From positions 92,201 to 156,200 of the forward strand of contig NIVC01001639.1 of assembly GCA_002269645.1 (NCBI GenBank): a stretch of DNA of 64,000 nucleotides, given 5' to 3'. Shown here piece after piece: positions 48,051 through 61,599 of the stretch (its first letter is position 1; each line of letters opens with the position of its first letter). A model generated the notes under the pieces. That model was not told the DNA's origin. It saw nothing but the letters and a program-made list of their open reading frames with translations, and ran no database searches. A program made the translations under genes and the position numbers. This DNA is from Macrostomum lignano (taxonomy: Eukaryota).

Positions 48051-48605
48051 ACTCTAAAACGAATCATTCACCTACAAAGTAAAAGTCGAATTAAAAAAAC
48101 TGATAATGAAATCTCCAAGTCGCCAAGACAGTCAGAAACTCCATCGTCTTGTAGCAGTGAAGGGGGAGTCAAACTCCCAAGGGAGGCTGGTCTGGCTGCC
48201 TGGCTGGCAAATCCCATCATGAAAGCGCGTTATCTGCTCAGGGCCTGACTCACTTCTTACAGCAGGGGGGGGGGGTGAAACACATGTTCGAAACAGCTGC
48301 CCTGTAGCACTCGGAGGAGATAAATCAGGGACGGCCCAGCCGGGGTCATAAATCACCGGCACAGAGAGACGGAGACAGCGAGTGAGGAAAGTGGAAAACA
48401 GTGAGAAATAGAAAGCTTGAGTCTCTCTTACTTGCTGTGCTTCTTCTAGGAGCAGAAATTGTGTTTCTTCTTCGACTTCCGATATTTCATTGAGCTGAAC
48501 AACACTGCAATTTTGCAATACTTCACTAACAAATATAGGCAGTTAAATTTTCCAAGCCCTTTACTAAAAGTAATATGATAGGAATCGAACTGATAGATAC
48601 TAGAA

Positions 48606-49173
<568 letters not shown>

Positions 49174-49743
49174 CTATCTATCCCTATCTATCTATCTAGC
49201 CCCCTCACCCATACCGATGACTGGCACTCGCGCTCGGGCTTAAGTCTCTCGGCAGTTCCGAGACGCCGCCCCGCCAGCCTGCGTACAGCCTTCGCTCAGC
49301 TTTGAAGCCTCTGCAGCCGCAGCCACCCCTGCCCCCTATTGTTTATGTCACACGCAGCAGCTGCACACAGGAGGGCTGCCACTTGTGACTCCCTTAAATG
49401 TACACTCGGCCGTCCCTCCTATTCAACTCTGAACGCGATGAAGTTCTCTTATCAGACCAAAAACTTCTGCTCTTTTCATTACACTGCATTAGCGACAGCA
49501 GCAGCAGCAACAACAGCAGCAGCAGCAGTTCTTCTTTCCTTCCTTTTCGATGCAGAGAGAGAATTGCAGAGCTGGGCGGGCAGGGTGGGGGCAGCTGGGT
49601 CACCTGGGCTCTGACCGTGTTTTATTTAATAAACGAAGCTTCAGCGTCACAGGCGGGCACTCAAGCACGCAACCCAACACGCACACATACCGACACACAC
49701 ACACGGTCACAGGTGAAAAGCCTCAAGCCAGAGCCTGACAAGG

Positions 49744-52588
49744 ATGCAAGAGCTGCCCGCGTTGTTTACCGATCACCGCGGACCGCAGGAGGTGTCGCTG
49801 CAGCTGACGCACCGGCGAAATCTTGATGGCATCAAACAGCAGCAGTCGCTGCCGCCTCCGCCGCTGCAGCCCTGTCCCGCCCTGTCAAAGCCGCCCAGCA
49901 GCCTTCATCAGCTGTCCCCGCCGACTGACTCAGATGAGAAGCCGATTGACTATTCGATGAAGCGGACAAGCCGCAGCAGAAGCCGCAGCAGAAGTCATAG
50001 CCGAAGTCGCAGCCGCAGCCGCAGCCGCAGCCGTTCTCCGCCGCAGATTTTAACGCTGCGACTGTTGCCACCCTACGTGCCGCCGCAGGCGGTAAGCTGT
50101 GTTTCAGCCACGGCTGCTTCTTCGAGTGTGCAGGGCGGCGGCGGCGGCTTCGGCGGCTCAGGACTGGACCCGCTGATGCACGAGAAGGCCGCCAAGGCTG
50201 CAGACATCATTCGACGGAGAATGGGTGAGCGAGTTTGGATGTTACGGGCTCTTTAGATCTGCTGTAGACATTCTTCTAATGACCGTAAAGGTCTAGCTGA
50301 TGTTTACACTCTGATCATTAGATTGTCTCTAGATTAGTTTCTAGATTGTCTCTAGATTAGTTTCTAGATTGTATCTAGATTAGTTTCTAGATTGTCCCTA
50401 GATTAGTTTCTAGATTGTCTCTAGATTAGTTTCTAGATTGTCTCTAGATCAGTTTCTAGATTGTCTCTAGAATAGTTTCTAGATTATCTCTAGATCAGTT
50501 TCTAGATTGTATCTAGATTAGTTTCTAGATTATCTCTAGATCAGTTTCTAGATTGTCTCTAGATTAGTTTCTAGATTGTCTCTAGAATAGTTTCTAGATT
50601 GTCTCTAGATTAGTTTCTAGATTGTCTCTAGATCAGTTCCAAAAAGGTCTCTAGATTAGTTTGATAGAATTCCATAGATTTCGCAACAACCGTTCACTCA
50701 TTCAACAGAAGGTCACGGTCGCCGAATTCACACATTCCTGGGCGTCATTCTGCACAGCGTTCTCAACTCCTCGGCGCCAACTTTTGAATCTCCTGAAGAG
50801 CAGTCGGCCCTCGGCCAGGTGGCCGTGTTTTGCGACCAGCGCAGGAAGCCGACAGATCGGCCGTCAAACTATTTCCTGGTGCTGAATACCCAGATGCTGG
50901 CTCTGATCTGGTGCAAGTTCAAGAGCAACACCAGCGCGGAGTTCAGCACGCTGACCCGAGCCATCAGGTCAGTCTGGCTTGCACTTTTAAACCCTTGGAT
51001 CCATAAATAGTAGCTTAAAATGTATTGCTATTTATAGCAATTCTTCAGGTAGCACTCCTGTCTAATCACCCTGTCTAATCAGGCCTCTCTAATCACCCTG
51101 TCAAATCAGGCCTTTCTAATCACCCTGTCTAATCAGGCCTCTACAATCACCCTGTCAAATCAGGCCTCTCTAATCACCCTGTCTAATCAGGCCTCTCTAA
51201 TCACCCTGTCTAATCACCCTGTCTAATCAGGCCTCTCTAATCACCCTGTCTAATCACCCTGTCTAATCAGGCCTCTCTAATCACCCTGTCTAATCACCCT
51301 GTCTAATCAGGCCTCTCTAATCACCCTGTCTAATCACCCTGTCTAATCACCCTGTCTAATCACCCTGTCTAATCACCCTGTCAAATCAGGCATCTCTAAT
51401 CACCCTGTCAAATCAGGCCTTTCTAATCACCCTGTCAAATCAGGCCTTTTTAATCACCCTCTCTAATCACCCTGTCAAATCAGGCATCTCTAATCACCCT
51501 GTCAAATCAGGCCTTTCTAATCACCCTCTCTAATCACCCTGTCAAATCATGCCTCTCTAATCACCCTGTCAAATCATGCCTCTCTAATCACCCTGTCAAA
51601 TCAGGCCTTTCTAATCACCCTGTCTAATCAGGCCTTTCTAATCACCCTGTCAAATCAGGCCTTTCTAATCACCCTGTCAAATCAGGCCTTTCTAATCACC
51701 CTGTCTAATCAGGCCTCTCTAATCACCCTGTCTAATCAAAACTGTCTAATCACCCTGTCTAATCAGACCTCTCTAATCACCCTGTCTAATCAGGCCTCTC
51801 TAATCACCCTGTCTAATCATAACCTCTCTAATCACCCTGTCTAATCATAACCTCTCTAATCACCCTGTTTAATCAAAACTGTCTAATCACCCTGTCTAAT
51901 CAGACTTCTTTAATCACCCTGTCAAATCAGGCCTCTCTAATCACCCTGTCTAATCACCCTGTCTAATCATAACCTCTCTAATCACCCTGTTTAATCAAAA
52001 CTGTCTAATCACCCTGTCTAATCAGACTTCTTTAATCACCCTGTCAAATCAGGCCTCTCTAATCACCCTCTCTAATCACCCTGTCTAATCAGGCCTCTCT
52101 AATCACCCTGTCTAATCACCCTCTCTAATCACCCTGTCTAATCAGGCCTCTCTAATCACCCTGTCTAATCACCCTCTCTAATCACCCTGTCTAATCACCC
52201 TGTCTAATCACCCTGTCTAATCAGGCCTCTCTAATCACCCTGTCTAATCACCCTCTCTAATCACCCTCTCTAATCACCCTGTCTAATCAGGCCTCTCTAA
52301 TCACCCTGTCTAATCACCCTCTCTAATCACCCTCTCTAATCACCCTGTCTAATCAGACCTTTCTAATCACCCTGTCTAATCACTCTGTTTAATCACCCTG
52401 TCTAATCATAACCTCTCTAATGAAACTCTCTAGTCACACTCCTCTCTCAAACCCGCCGCAGGAGCAGCCGCCAGAAGTACAACGGCATCTTTGAGAGCGT
52501 GGGCACGCCCTGCAAGAAGCTGTACAAATTCGGTGACGTGGCCATGAACGAGTTCCGACAGCAGTTCCCGCACTGCTACTCCGACTAA
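49744..52588 (+). CDS. Divergent ETS-domain transcription factor, 3 exons, 288 aa
   Basis: Exons 49744-50224, 50709-50967, 52462-52588 (phases 1 and 2 consistent, 867 nt, AATAAA at ~52644). The C-terminal IHTFLGVIL...NYFLVLNTQMLALIWCKFKSNTSAEFSTLTRAIRSSRQKYNGIFESVGTPCKKLYKFG aligns by eye to the ETS pattern LWQFLLELL...FKLVDPEEVARLWG.RK...MNY.KLSRALRYYY..GI..KV.G.RLVYKF. The start codon is less certain. Confidence 0.78.
50325..50660. repeat. 23 bp (gattagtttctagattgtctcta)n array, ETS intron 1
   Basis: Directly visible. Confidence 0.92.
51050..52420. repeat. 13/14 bp (ctaatcaccctgt / ctaatcaggcctct)n array, ETS intron 2
   Basis: Directly visible; fills almost the whole intron. Confidence 0.95.
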
Positions 52589-52849
52589 TGCTTAACCCCC
52601 TTAATTCCTGCCGATTCCGTATTCGATGTTGATTGTATCAGTAAATAAACAAACTAAATGGGACTTGAATTACAACTCTTACTATATCCGTGCATGCTAC
52701 TCAGGTAATAAAAATCTAAAAATACGTGCCGCTTCCGTACCGGAAGCTGCAGATTTTAAAGTTCATTTTTGTCTTGCATTTTACGATTCTTTTGAAAAGA
52801 TTGTGAATATTAGCCTAAAGGTACTCAGCTCTCATCTCTACCCTTTCCC

Positions 52850-52985
52850 AGCTTTCATCCCTACCCTTCCCCGACTCTCATCCCTACCCTTCCCCGACTC
52901 TCATCCCTACCCTTTCCCCAACTCTCATCTCTACCCTTTCCCCAACTCTCATCTCTACCCTTTCCCCAACTCTCATCTCTAATTT
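52850..52985. repeat. ~22 bp (ctcatctctaccctttccccaa)n array
   Basis: About 6 imperfect copies. Confidence 0.8.
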
Positions 52986-53657
52986 TCCTCACCCTCATTT
53001 TTATTTTTTCACTTCTATCATATCTGCCCTTCTCCAGTTCTCATCTACTCCCAGTTTCTCTATCCTCTCTATTTCCTGAACTCTGATCTCCTCACGGGCC
53101 ACAACTGTCACATCTACATCCAGTTCTCTTAGCAAATATTTTATAACCCCAATTTGAGAAGTTCCATATTTTCAGGTTTACAACACTGTTAAATTGAAGC
53201 ATTTTTTACAATTTACTGCTTAAATTGCACTGCTCTGCTTCTGCTTGGCAGTCAAACTTCACTTGGCAGTCTATTTACGAAGAACTTTGGAGATACTTTG
53301 ATGAGGCGAACAATCTCAGCTTCCATTTAATCCAAAGCCTTGAACCCCAGCCCGAGACAGACTGACAAAAGAATGTCGGCAGCAATGAACAGACTATTTT
53401 TATTCAGGATAAGCATTTTTATTGGTTTATAAACTTTTCTAACGGCAGTAACTAGTAAATTAAATAGTAGAAGATTTGCACTACTTCAAGTAGCAATGGA
53501 GGGCAATAAAGGCAGAACTATATAAAAGTCAAATACGTATGAAATTACAATTCGAAACAAGAATCATTATTTTCCAAGTAATGAATGTGGTTGCAGCAAC
53601 ATGGACATATCTATTATCAATAAAGAGGCTTCTTTAAACTAGAAGCGCCATCTTGAA

Positions 53658-53930
53658 ATTACACCTGCCCTAATGGCCAGATGTGCAACCGACAGCTCAG
53701 CCGCAGCTATTGCGCGGCGCATCTGAAGGCTGCGTACGGCTGTTCAGTCCAAGGACTGGGGGGGGGGGTCGCCACACACATCCTCAATTACCCCAACTAA
53801 TGCTGGCACCCATTTTACAGCCGAGTGAACTGAAGCAATGCAGAGTTAGGTGTCTTGCTCAAGGACACAAATTGTTCTGAAAGGGTCGGGAATTAGTGAG
53901 TCCGACGCTCTAACCACTAGGCTAGCTCGT
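53658..53930 (-). mobile_element. tRNA-derived SINE, family A (B box deleted)
   Basis: Collinear with 40555-40829 (gatgtgcaaccgacagctcagccgcagctattgcgcggcgcatctgaaggc identical); A box retained, B-box segment missing. Confidence 0.85.
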
Positions 53931-53992
53931 ACAACTCCCTTTATTCAGTTTTTCAGTGCCCAAAGAGACTTCAATATAAGCTATAGCTATTT

Positions 53993-56900
53993 TTAACGTA
54001 ATCTCCTACTACTAGAGATTCGCGATCGAGAGACCTGGTCGGCAGGCTGGCTGGCAGGCTGGTTGGCAGGCTGGTTGGCAGGCTGGTTGGTATTTTTTTT
54101 GGCAGGCTGGTTGGCAGGCTGGTTGGCAGGCTGGTTGGCAGGCTGGTTGGCAGGCTGGTTGGCAGGCTGGTTGGTAGGCTGGTTGGTAGGCTGGTTGGTA
54201 GGCTGGTTGGTAGGCTGGTTGGTAGGCTGGTTGGTATTTTTTTTGGCAGGCTGGTTGGCAGGCTGGTTGGCAGGCTGGTTGGCAGGCTGGTTGGCAGGCT
54301 GGTTGGCAGGCTGGTTGGCAGGCTGGTTGGCAGGCTGGTTGGCAGGCTGGTTGGCAGGCTGGTTGGTAGGCTGATTGGCAGGCTGGTTGGTAGGCTGGTT
54401 GGTAGGCTGGTTGGTAGGCTGGTTGGCAGGCTGGTTGGTAGGCTGGTTGGTAGGCTGGTTGGCAGGCTGGTTGGCAGGCTGGTTGGCAGGCTGGTTCGCA
54501 GGCTGGTTGGCAGGCTGGTTGGTAGGCTGGTTGGCAGGTTGTTTCCCATCAGCATCCACCAGTGCCTCCAGCTCCAGCTCTCGTAGCAGTTCGACAAGCG
54601 CCTCAGAGCGGCCCCGAGCTTGCGCCTCCTCGCTGGGGGTGCGTCGGGCTAAATTACGCTGAATTCGGTCCTTCATTAGCATCCGGCTGGACAGCAGGCG
54701 GGCCACAGTCTCCGAGCCGGCCAGGTGCAGCGGAGAGTCGCCTTGAGCAGTCAGATGCAGGGATTGAAACACGCCGCAAGTGCTCAGCAAAGCACTCACA
54801 GCAGCTTCACAGCCGCAGGCCGACGCCAAATGAATCGGCATTGCGCCTTCATTGTCTCTGGTGACCGCCTGCCAGGGCCAGAACTCCTGGCACAGTTGAA
54901 TGGCATCCACGCTGCCATGGCCGAGGCAGCAGCCGGACACGGCCAGGTGCAGGCAGGTCAGGCCGTCAGCGGTACGGCTGACTGACAAAGCCGTCACCGG
55001 GCTGATGTCCAGAAGCAGGCGGGCAAGATTCGCCCGACCAGCAAAGAGGGCCACGTGCAGCGGCGTCCAGCCCAGCGGATCGGGGACATGCGTCGGATGC
55101 AGCGGCGGGGAGGACTGACCAGATGCTGGCGGGCTCAACAGACGGGCGATGGAGAGAATGCCGATCACCAGGCCGCAGTTTCCAGCAGTCACGGCCAGAT
55201 GAAGCAGCGATCGACCGTCTGGCGTCCGCATGTCCGGGAGGCGCGCCGCGGCCGGACACTCAACCGTCGGGTCTGCCTCGGCCGCAATGGCAGCTTCCAC
55301 CTGTCAAAGTGACAAAACGGCACTGCTGAACTCAGTAAAGTGGTAAGCTACCCAGGGTTCGATTCCGTGATTTGAGGCTCGTGCTCGAGTTTGAAAGATC
55401 TCAGTAGATTCTGTGGAATGAATGGCATGCAAAGTTTTACCTGCGAAGCGGCCTCATCGACCAAGGCCTCAGCGGCGTCCCAGGCTCCAGCGGCGATCGC
55501 CAGTTGCAATGGACTCCAGCCGTCGAAATCGACCGCAGTCAGGACGGGCAGGCCGGCCGCCGCCAGCAGACGAAGTGCCGCAGGGCGGTTGGCGTGAGCG
55601 GCCAAGTGCGCCAGGGTGGCTCCGTCTTCGGCCACGCGAGCTGCCAGCAGGCCGAGCCCGCCGACCGTGCCAGCGTTGAGCAGAGCGTGCAGAGCGTCCG
55701 GACTCTTGGCGGCTGCGGCGTAGCATACCGCCGGCAGGCCGTGCGCGTCCGGTTGCCAAGGGCTCAAGCCCATAGCAACCAATTGTAGAACGGTGTCCGC
55801 GCGGCCAGTGAGACAGGCGGAGTGCAACAGGCCGCGACCCTTCAGTGTGCGATGGGTGGCTGGGATGATGATGTGGTTATGGTGGTGGCAGAGGAGCGGT
55901 AAACCCCTGAATGGTTCAATTCCGTGAGCATTTATTTATGGCTTGTGCGCGATTATTGGACAGGGGTTCACAAGGATGAGGGCCAACCCCCAAGGCGCAG
56001 AGGCGCAAGGTGTAAGTTGCCGAATCAGGGATCGTTGCGGAAGAGTCAAATGCGTTTATCGCCGAGCTTCTCGCCCCAACCTACCAAATAAAAACGGTAC
56101 CCACACCAAAAAGCGTCCCCAGAGTCGCTAGTGAGCTGTTGGCAATGACTCTTTAGCGATTCTGGTCACGGTAACCTTTTCAACGGGCTAACGAGTTTGT
56201 TCCCAGATTCCAGAGCCTTCAGATTCTTCCAAATTACCTCCAAATCTCGCACCTCCGAAAGCACCTCCGACGACTTGCCCTCCGTCACCAGAGCCCCGAG
56301 GAGGACCGCCAAGGCCGGGCCGGCGCCCGACAGCACAGCCAGGTCCACCGGCGTCCGCCCGTCCGCATCCTGCGTCAGCGGCTGGCCCGCCTTGCCGTCC
56401 AATCGAAGTAGGCGACGGACAACGAGATGGCGCTGGGCTGAGGGGCTCACAGCGGCCGCCTCCTTCTCCACTGCCGAGTGCAGCAGCGACCGTCCCGCGG
56501 AGTCAGTCGACTTGGACATCGCATCGTCTTGATCGAAAGCGAGGACGGCTCTCAGTGTCCTGGGGTCGCCAGACGCAGCGGCGCAGTGGGCCACCGTCCG
56601 ACCAGTGGCCGGGTCCCTATCGAACGGGCAGCAACGGCCGGACTCCAGCAGCAGAGTCACCGTGGCGGCCTGGCCAGCTTCCGCAGCCGCGTGGAGCAGC
56701 CCCGGTGGCGGCGGCTCCGTTCGACTGAGCACCAGCTCGGACAGCAGCTCCGTCTGGCCCGCTCTGGCGGCTGCGTGCGCCGCTGTTTCCCGGAATCGGC
56801 TCTGTCCCAGTGGCGGAGCGTCTGCGCGTTTGATGAGCAAGCAGCTCGTTAAAGTGAGTTTATTGGCGACCCAGTTTTTGTTCTGTTTATTTTTCTATCA

Positions 56901-59900
56901 GGAGCATCGGGTGCTGGAGAATACCCACACCTAGGGTCGGTGATGCATCTCGCTGATAAATAAACTGCACTAAACTGAACGAAACTAAACTGAATTATAC
57001 TAAAATTAAAAAATAAGCTAAACTAACTAAACTAAACGGGATCCTCTGAACTAAATTGAACTAAACTGAACGAGACTAAACTTAACTAAACTAAACTAAA
57101 ACAAAACAAAAAAATAAGCTAAACTAACTAAAATAAACACGATTATCTGAACTAAACTGATCTAAACTAAACTAAACTAAACAAAAGTGAACTAAAGTGA
57201 ACTAAAGTGAACTAAATTGAACTAAACTAAACGAAACTAAACTAATATAAAAAAATAAGCTAAACTAACTAAAATAAACAGGATTATCTGAACTAAACTG
57301 ATCTAAACTAAACTAAACTAAACTAAACTAAACTAAACTAAACAAAACTGAACTAAAGTGAACTAAAGTGAACTAAAGTGAACTAAACTAAAGTGAACTA
57401 AACTAGCTCGTAAAAGAAACTAAAACAAGGATAAAATTAACCTAATAAAATTAACCTAACTGAGCACTGAACTTAAGAAATTGAGTGGGCTCGGGCCGCT
57501 GAGGCAGATGAACTGGCACTGATAGGGATCTGCTGTCACTTGATGTGCACAGAGTATTAGTGGAACTTGTACTTGTAATGGACTAGCATGCTCACGCTGA
57601 CTCATAAAGCAGCTGCAGAAACACGCACCTTCAACATCTTCGGACACAGAACGATCAAAGCTCAAGCGACCCTCCGCTCTGTCAAGCAGCAGCCGGACGG
57701 ATTCAAGGCAGCCGCCGCGACCTGCTGCGTGAAGCAGAGTCTCCGCCGCGGTGCTGCAGTCGCCTCCGTCCAACAGCAGTCGAAGGATGTCCGCACGACC
57801 GGCCGCCGCAGCAGCGTGAGCCGGCGTGGCTCCTCGATTGTCCACAGCGGTCAGCGACTGCTTCAACGCCGCTGCTGGCGTGTCAAGCAGGCGTTTGACG
57901 AGGCCCTCGCTGCCACCGGCCGCTGCCGAGTGAAGCAGGGAGCGGCCGCGGCTGTCCAAGCGCAGGGCGGGCACGCGCAGCCGGTCAAGCACGGCGACCG
58001 CCTGCTCAGAGCCGCTCCGCATCGCCAGATGATGGAGGCTGGGCGGCTGCGGTGCCGCGCGACCCGCCGCAATTTCCAGGCGCAGAAGACAGGCCAAGCA
58101 ATCTGCGGAGCCGGCCCGGGCTGCCCAGTGCACCTGTAGAAACGGAGGAACGGCTATCGTGCTTTAAGAAAGGTATTCTAACATTGAGCTGACTGCAATT
58201 GGCAATTTGTCAGACCAGTTGATTGAGAAAAACCCTCCCCCAAAGGCACAGAGTGCTCACCAATGACTACTCAAGTAGAAGGATAGAAAGTACGTTTCTT
58301 GGAAAAAAAAATTTGGGACGCAGGTTTTTAAAATACATTACGAAGAATGGAGATTTTTTTGCTTTCATATTTTAATTAGCGCTAGAATCGGAGGCATCTT
58401 TTTCTGTCGATACTAGAAAGCGACATTGGAGACAATTGCCATTCCAGTTGGAGCCTTAAATTGACGCGAATTCCTCATTTTATCCCAAATAAAAGAACCG
58501 GAGATTCTAGAATTTCTGTCTTGACTCACGCCGACGTTTCTTGGCACAGAAAAAAGCAAAACATGAGACGCGGACGCACCGGAAGGCGGCCCTTGGCATC
58601 CCGCGCCAGAAACGGATCGAAAGCCGGGATGCGGAGCGCGAGCAAGCGTTGAACAATGTGCACCGAGCCACCTGCAGCGGCCAGATGCAGGAGGCTGCCT
58701 CGCTGCTTCCCGACGCCGCCGACGCCGCTGTCGAAGACGCACTCGCGGTTGCAGGCAGCGCGAAGGCCGCCGCAGGCAGTTGAAATCGCATCAAACGCTC
58801 CGGAGAGACCTTTGTGAGCGGCCAGTCTCAGCGCCGTGATGCCGTTCACGTCGGCAACGTCTGTCCGAACGCCCCAGTCAAGCAGCCGCTGGACGGTAGC
58901 GTCACGCGCCTCGTCTTTGACGCATTTCAAAGCCAAGTAGAGCAGCGTCTCGCGACGCGGCGTCAGCGCCCGCAGCAGGCGCGGCTCGGCAGTCAGAAGC
59001 TGCGCCAGAGCGCCGACACTGCCGGCTTCAGCCGCCACGTGAGCCGCCGTCAGGCCGGCTTCATCGCGCTGCCACAGCCGCCGGCGCCGCTCGTCACCTT
59101 CAAGAGACTGCAGAACTTCAACCACGCCAGCTGCCGGGTCGCAGTCTTGATCGTCAGGCGCCGCCTCGGTCAGGACTGCGGCGTGCAGCTCCGGGGTCGC
59201 AGCCGCGGCGGACAGCTCCGCCTCGATCGCCTCCGCCACGTCGTGGCTTCCAACAACTCGAGCCGCCTCAGCCGGCGTGCGGCCCCAGTCGTCAAGCGCA
59301 TCGAGCGGGTGCCCGGCTTCGATGAGGGCTCGCGCCGCCTCCAAGCTGTTTGACTCAGCCGCGCAGTGCAGCAGCGTCTGTCCGCCGCGCCGTTCCGCCG
59401 CGCCGATTAAAGCGCCGCCGGTGTCGCCGTCAAGAAGGCGGCGCAGCAGCTCGGCGTGACCGACGCGGGCGCAGTCGTGCGCGGGCGTCTCGCCTTCGTC
59501 GGCCACCAACGAGGACGGGTCGAGACCGAGGCTGACGCCGAACTCGAAGGCTTCGACGCTGCCGCCCTGAGCCGCCGCGTGCAGCAGCGACCGGCCGTCT
59601 TCGGCGCGCTGAATCAGCCCGGCCAGCTGCGTATCTGGCCGGCTGGCCAGCATCCGCAGGCAGGCGACGTCGCCCCGTTCGGCGGCGTAAAATCCGGCCG
59701 GCCAGCCGCGCGCTTCGTCGAGGAACCGCGCCAGCTTCTCCGGCGCCTCCAGCCGGCGCAGCAACAGCTCCAGCACCTGCGCGCCGCCGCCGTCGCCCTT
59801 AGAAGTCGATTTTGCCCGGCACGCCGCGTGCAACGCCGTTCGGCCTTTGAAGTCGCGCTGACGCGATAAAAATCGGCGCCAGCTGTCATTTTGGTTGAAT

Positions 59901-61022
59901 GCCGCCTCCAGAAGTTCGGCGTGTCCGCCAGAGACGGCGAGGTCCAGCGGTGTGCGGCCGCGACTGTCCAGTGCGGTCATGCAGGTCCTGGGGTGCAAGT
60001 TTGCTTCTGCGTGTATTTTGTGCGTACTGCGTGTAAGCAGTCTTTCCTTCGTTGGTACTTCAGGTATCAAGTTTTTTATCAACTTTCATGTCAGAGAACA
60101 GAGGCATGGAGGGAGAAGAGAGGCAGGGAGGGGAGAAGAGAGGCATTGAGGGGAGAAGAGAGGCATGGAGGGGAGAAGAGAGGCGGGGAGGGGAGAAGAG
60201 AGGCATGGAGGGGAGAAGAGAGGCAGGGAGGGGAGAAGAGAGGCATGGAGGGAGAAGAGAGGCAGGGAGGGGAGAAGAGAGGCATGGAGGGAGAAGAGAG
60301 CATGGAGGGGAGAAGAGAGGCAGGGAGGGGAGAAGAGAGGCAGGGAGGGGAGAAGAGAGGCAGGGAGGGGAGAAGAGAGGCAGGGAGGGGAGAAGAGAGG
60401 CGGGGAGGGGAGAAGAGAGGCGGGGAGGGGAGAACAGAGGCATGGAGGGGAGAAGAGAGGCGGGGAGGGGAGAAGAGAGGCGGGGAGGGGAGAACAGAGG
60501 CATGGAGGGGAGAAGAGAGGCGGGGAGGGGAGAAGAGAGGCATGGAGGGGAGAAGAGAGGCATGGAGGGGAGAAGAGAGGCAGGGAGACGAGAAGGGATC
60601 ACACAATGAGTTGGCCAGTGAATGAAATTTTTAGAATCCAAATTGCCGCACCCTCCAGAGTCAAGCAGCACTTTGCAGGCCGGCCAGTGTCCGGCTCTGG
60701 CCGCCCAATGCAGCGGCGTCCGGCCCTTGGCGTCGGCGGAAGCGGCAGCCGGACAGCGGGCGTCAGCGACGGACTGCAGCACCTGCTGCAGAGTCAAGGC
60801 CAGTCCCAGGTCGGCCAGCAGGTGAGCTCCCGTCAGGCCATGGTCGCCGCTGTCCGGCCGCAGCGTCAGCCTGGCCCGCTCGTCCGGCAGCAGTTCGGCC
60901 AGACGTCGCCGGACATCCCGGTCGGTGGCGTCCGGCGCCTGGGCGGCCTCCGCGCGCAGCTGAGATTCGCCCTGACGGCCGAGCCGGTGGCAGAGCAAAT
61001 TCCAAGCAGCAGTGGTGGACAT
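53993..61022 (-). CDS. Large ankyrin-repeat protein, 6 exons, ~1524 aa
   Basis: Exons 61022-60652, 59987-58580, 58133-57629, 56821-56238, 55839-55441, 55300-53993; phases consistent (4575 nt). Junctions rebuild ankyrin motifs (GRLP|VHWAA, RDLE|GRGLLHSA); many GRTPLHxAAxxG-type repeats; AATAAA at 53945-53940. Confidence 0.85.
54040..54545 (-). repeat. 12 bp (cctgccaaccag)n array, apparently within the ankyrin terminal exon
   Basis: About 42 units read in frame as QPAN/QPTN. Confidence 0.9.
56960..57410. repeat. A-rich (aactaa/aactg)n array in an ankyrin intron
   Basis: Directly visible. Confidence 0.9.
60100..60590. repeat. 20 bp (gaggggagaagagaggcagg)n array in ankyrin intron 1
   Basis: Directly visible. 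Confidence 0.93.
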
Positions 61023-61599
61023 TGTCTAACTCAGTCGAGTCATACGGGCTCCCCAAGTTTAAAATTTTATATCACCATACAGAATTAGAGGCTCAACGGG
61101 GCTAGTGATATCCTGGAAAAACCTCACTTTACTGCGTGCGTGGTAGTTTATCAGTCTAGACTGTAGACAGAATGTACATACGCGTAGAGTACGCAGTTGC
61201 TATCTTCTGCTGCTGCATATTTTCCTAGAAATTTAAATTAGCTGTACGAGGAGTGAGGGAAGGGTGGAGTATGAATAGTTGGCGGGACTGACCCCGGGGA
61301 AGGCATGAAATTTGACTGCGGTGGACTAAACTATAGGCTGGCCCCAGACCCAACGGGCAGGGACCTGCCTGAATGCTGTTTTACCGGGGTTTGTGCTTTC
61401 TACTTGGCCCGCGTTAAATAGACACTGCCTTGCTGTGGTTAATGCTTATGATTCTTGGTACGGTGTGGAAGCCCTTGAGCAGCAGTAATATTTAATTCAT
61501 AACATCAGAAGGAGAGTGTGAGAGACTGGAAGAGGGTGTGGGAGGCTGGAGGAGTGTGTAAGTGTAAAGAGATTAGAGGATGAGAATGGAGGAATGAGA

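Noticed and set aside
54562-60625. Many plus-strand and alternative-frame ORFs over the ankyrin gene
   Set aside because: GC-rich shadow ORFs of the minus-strand CDS.
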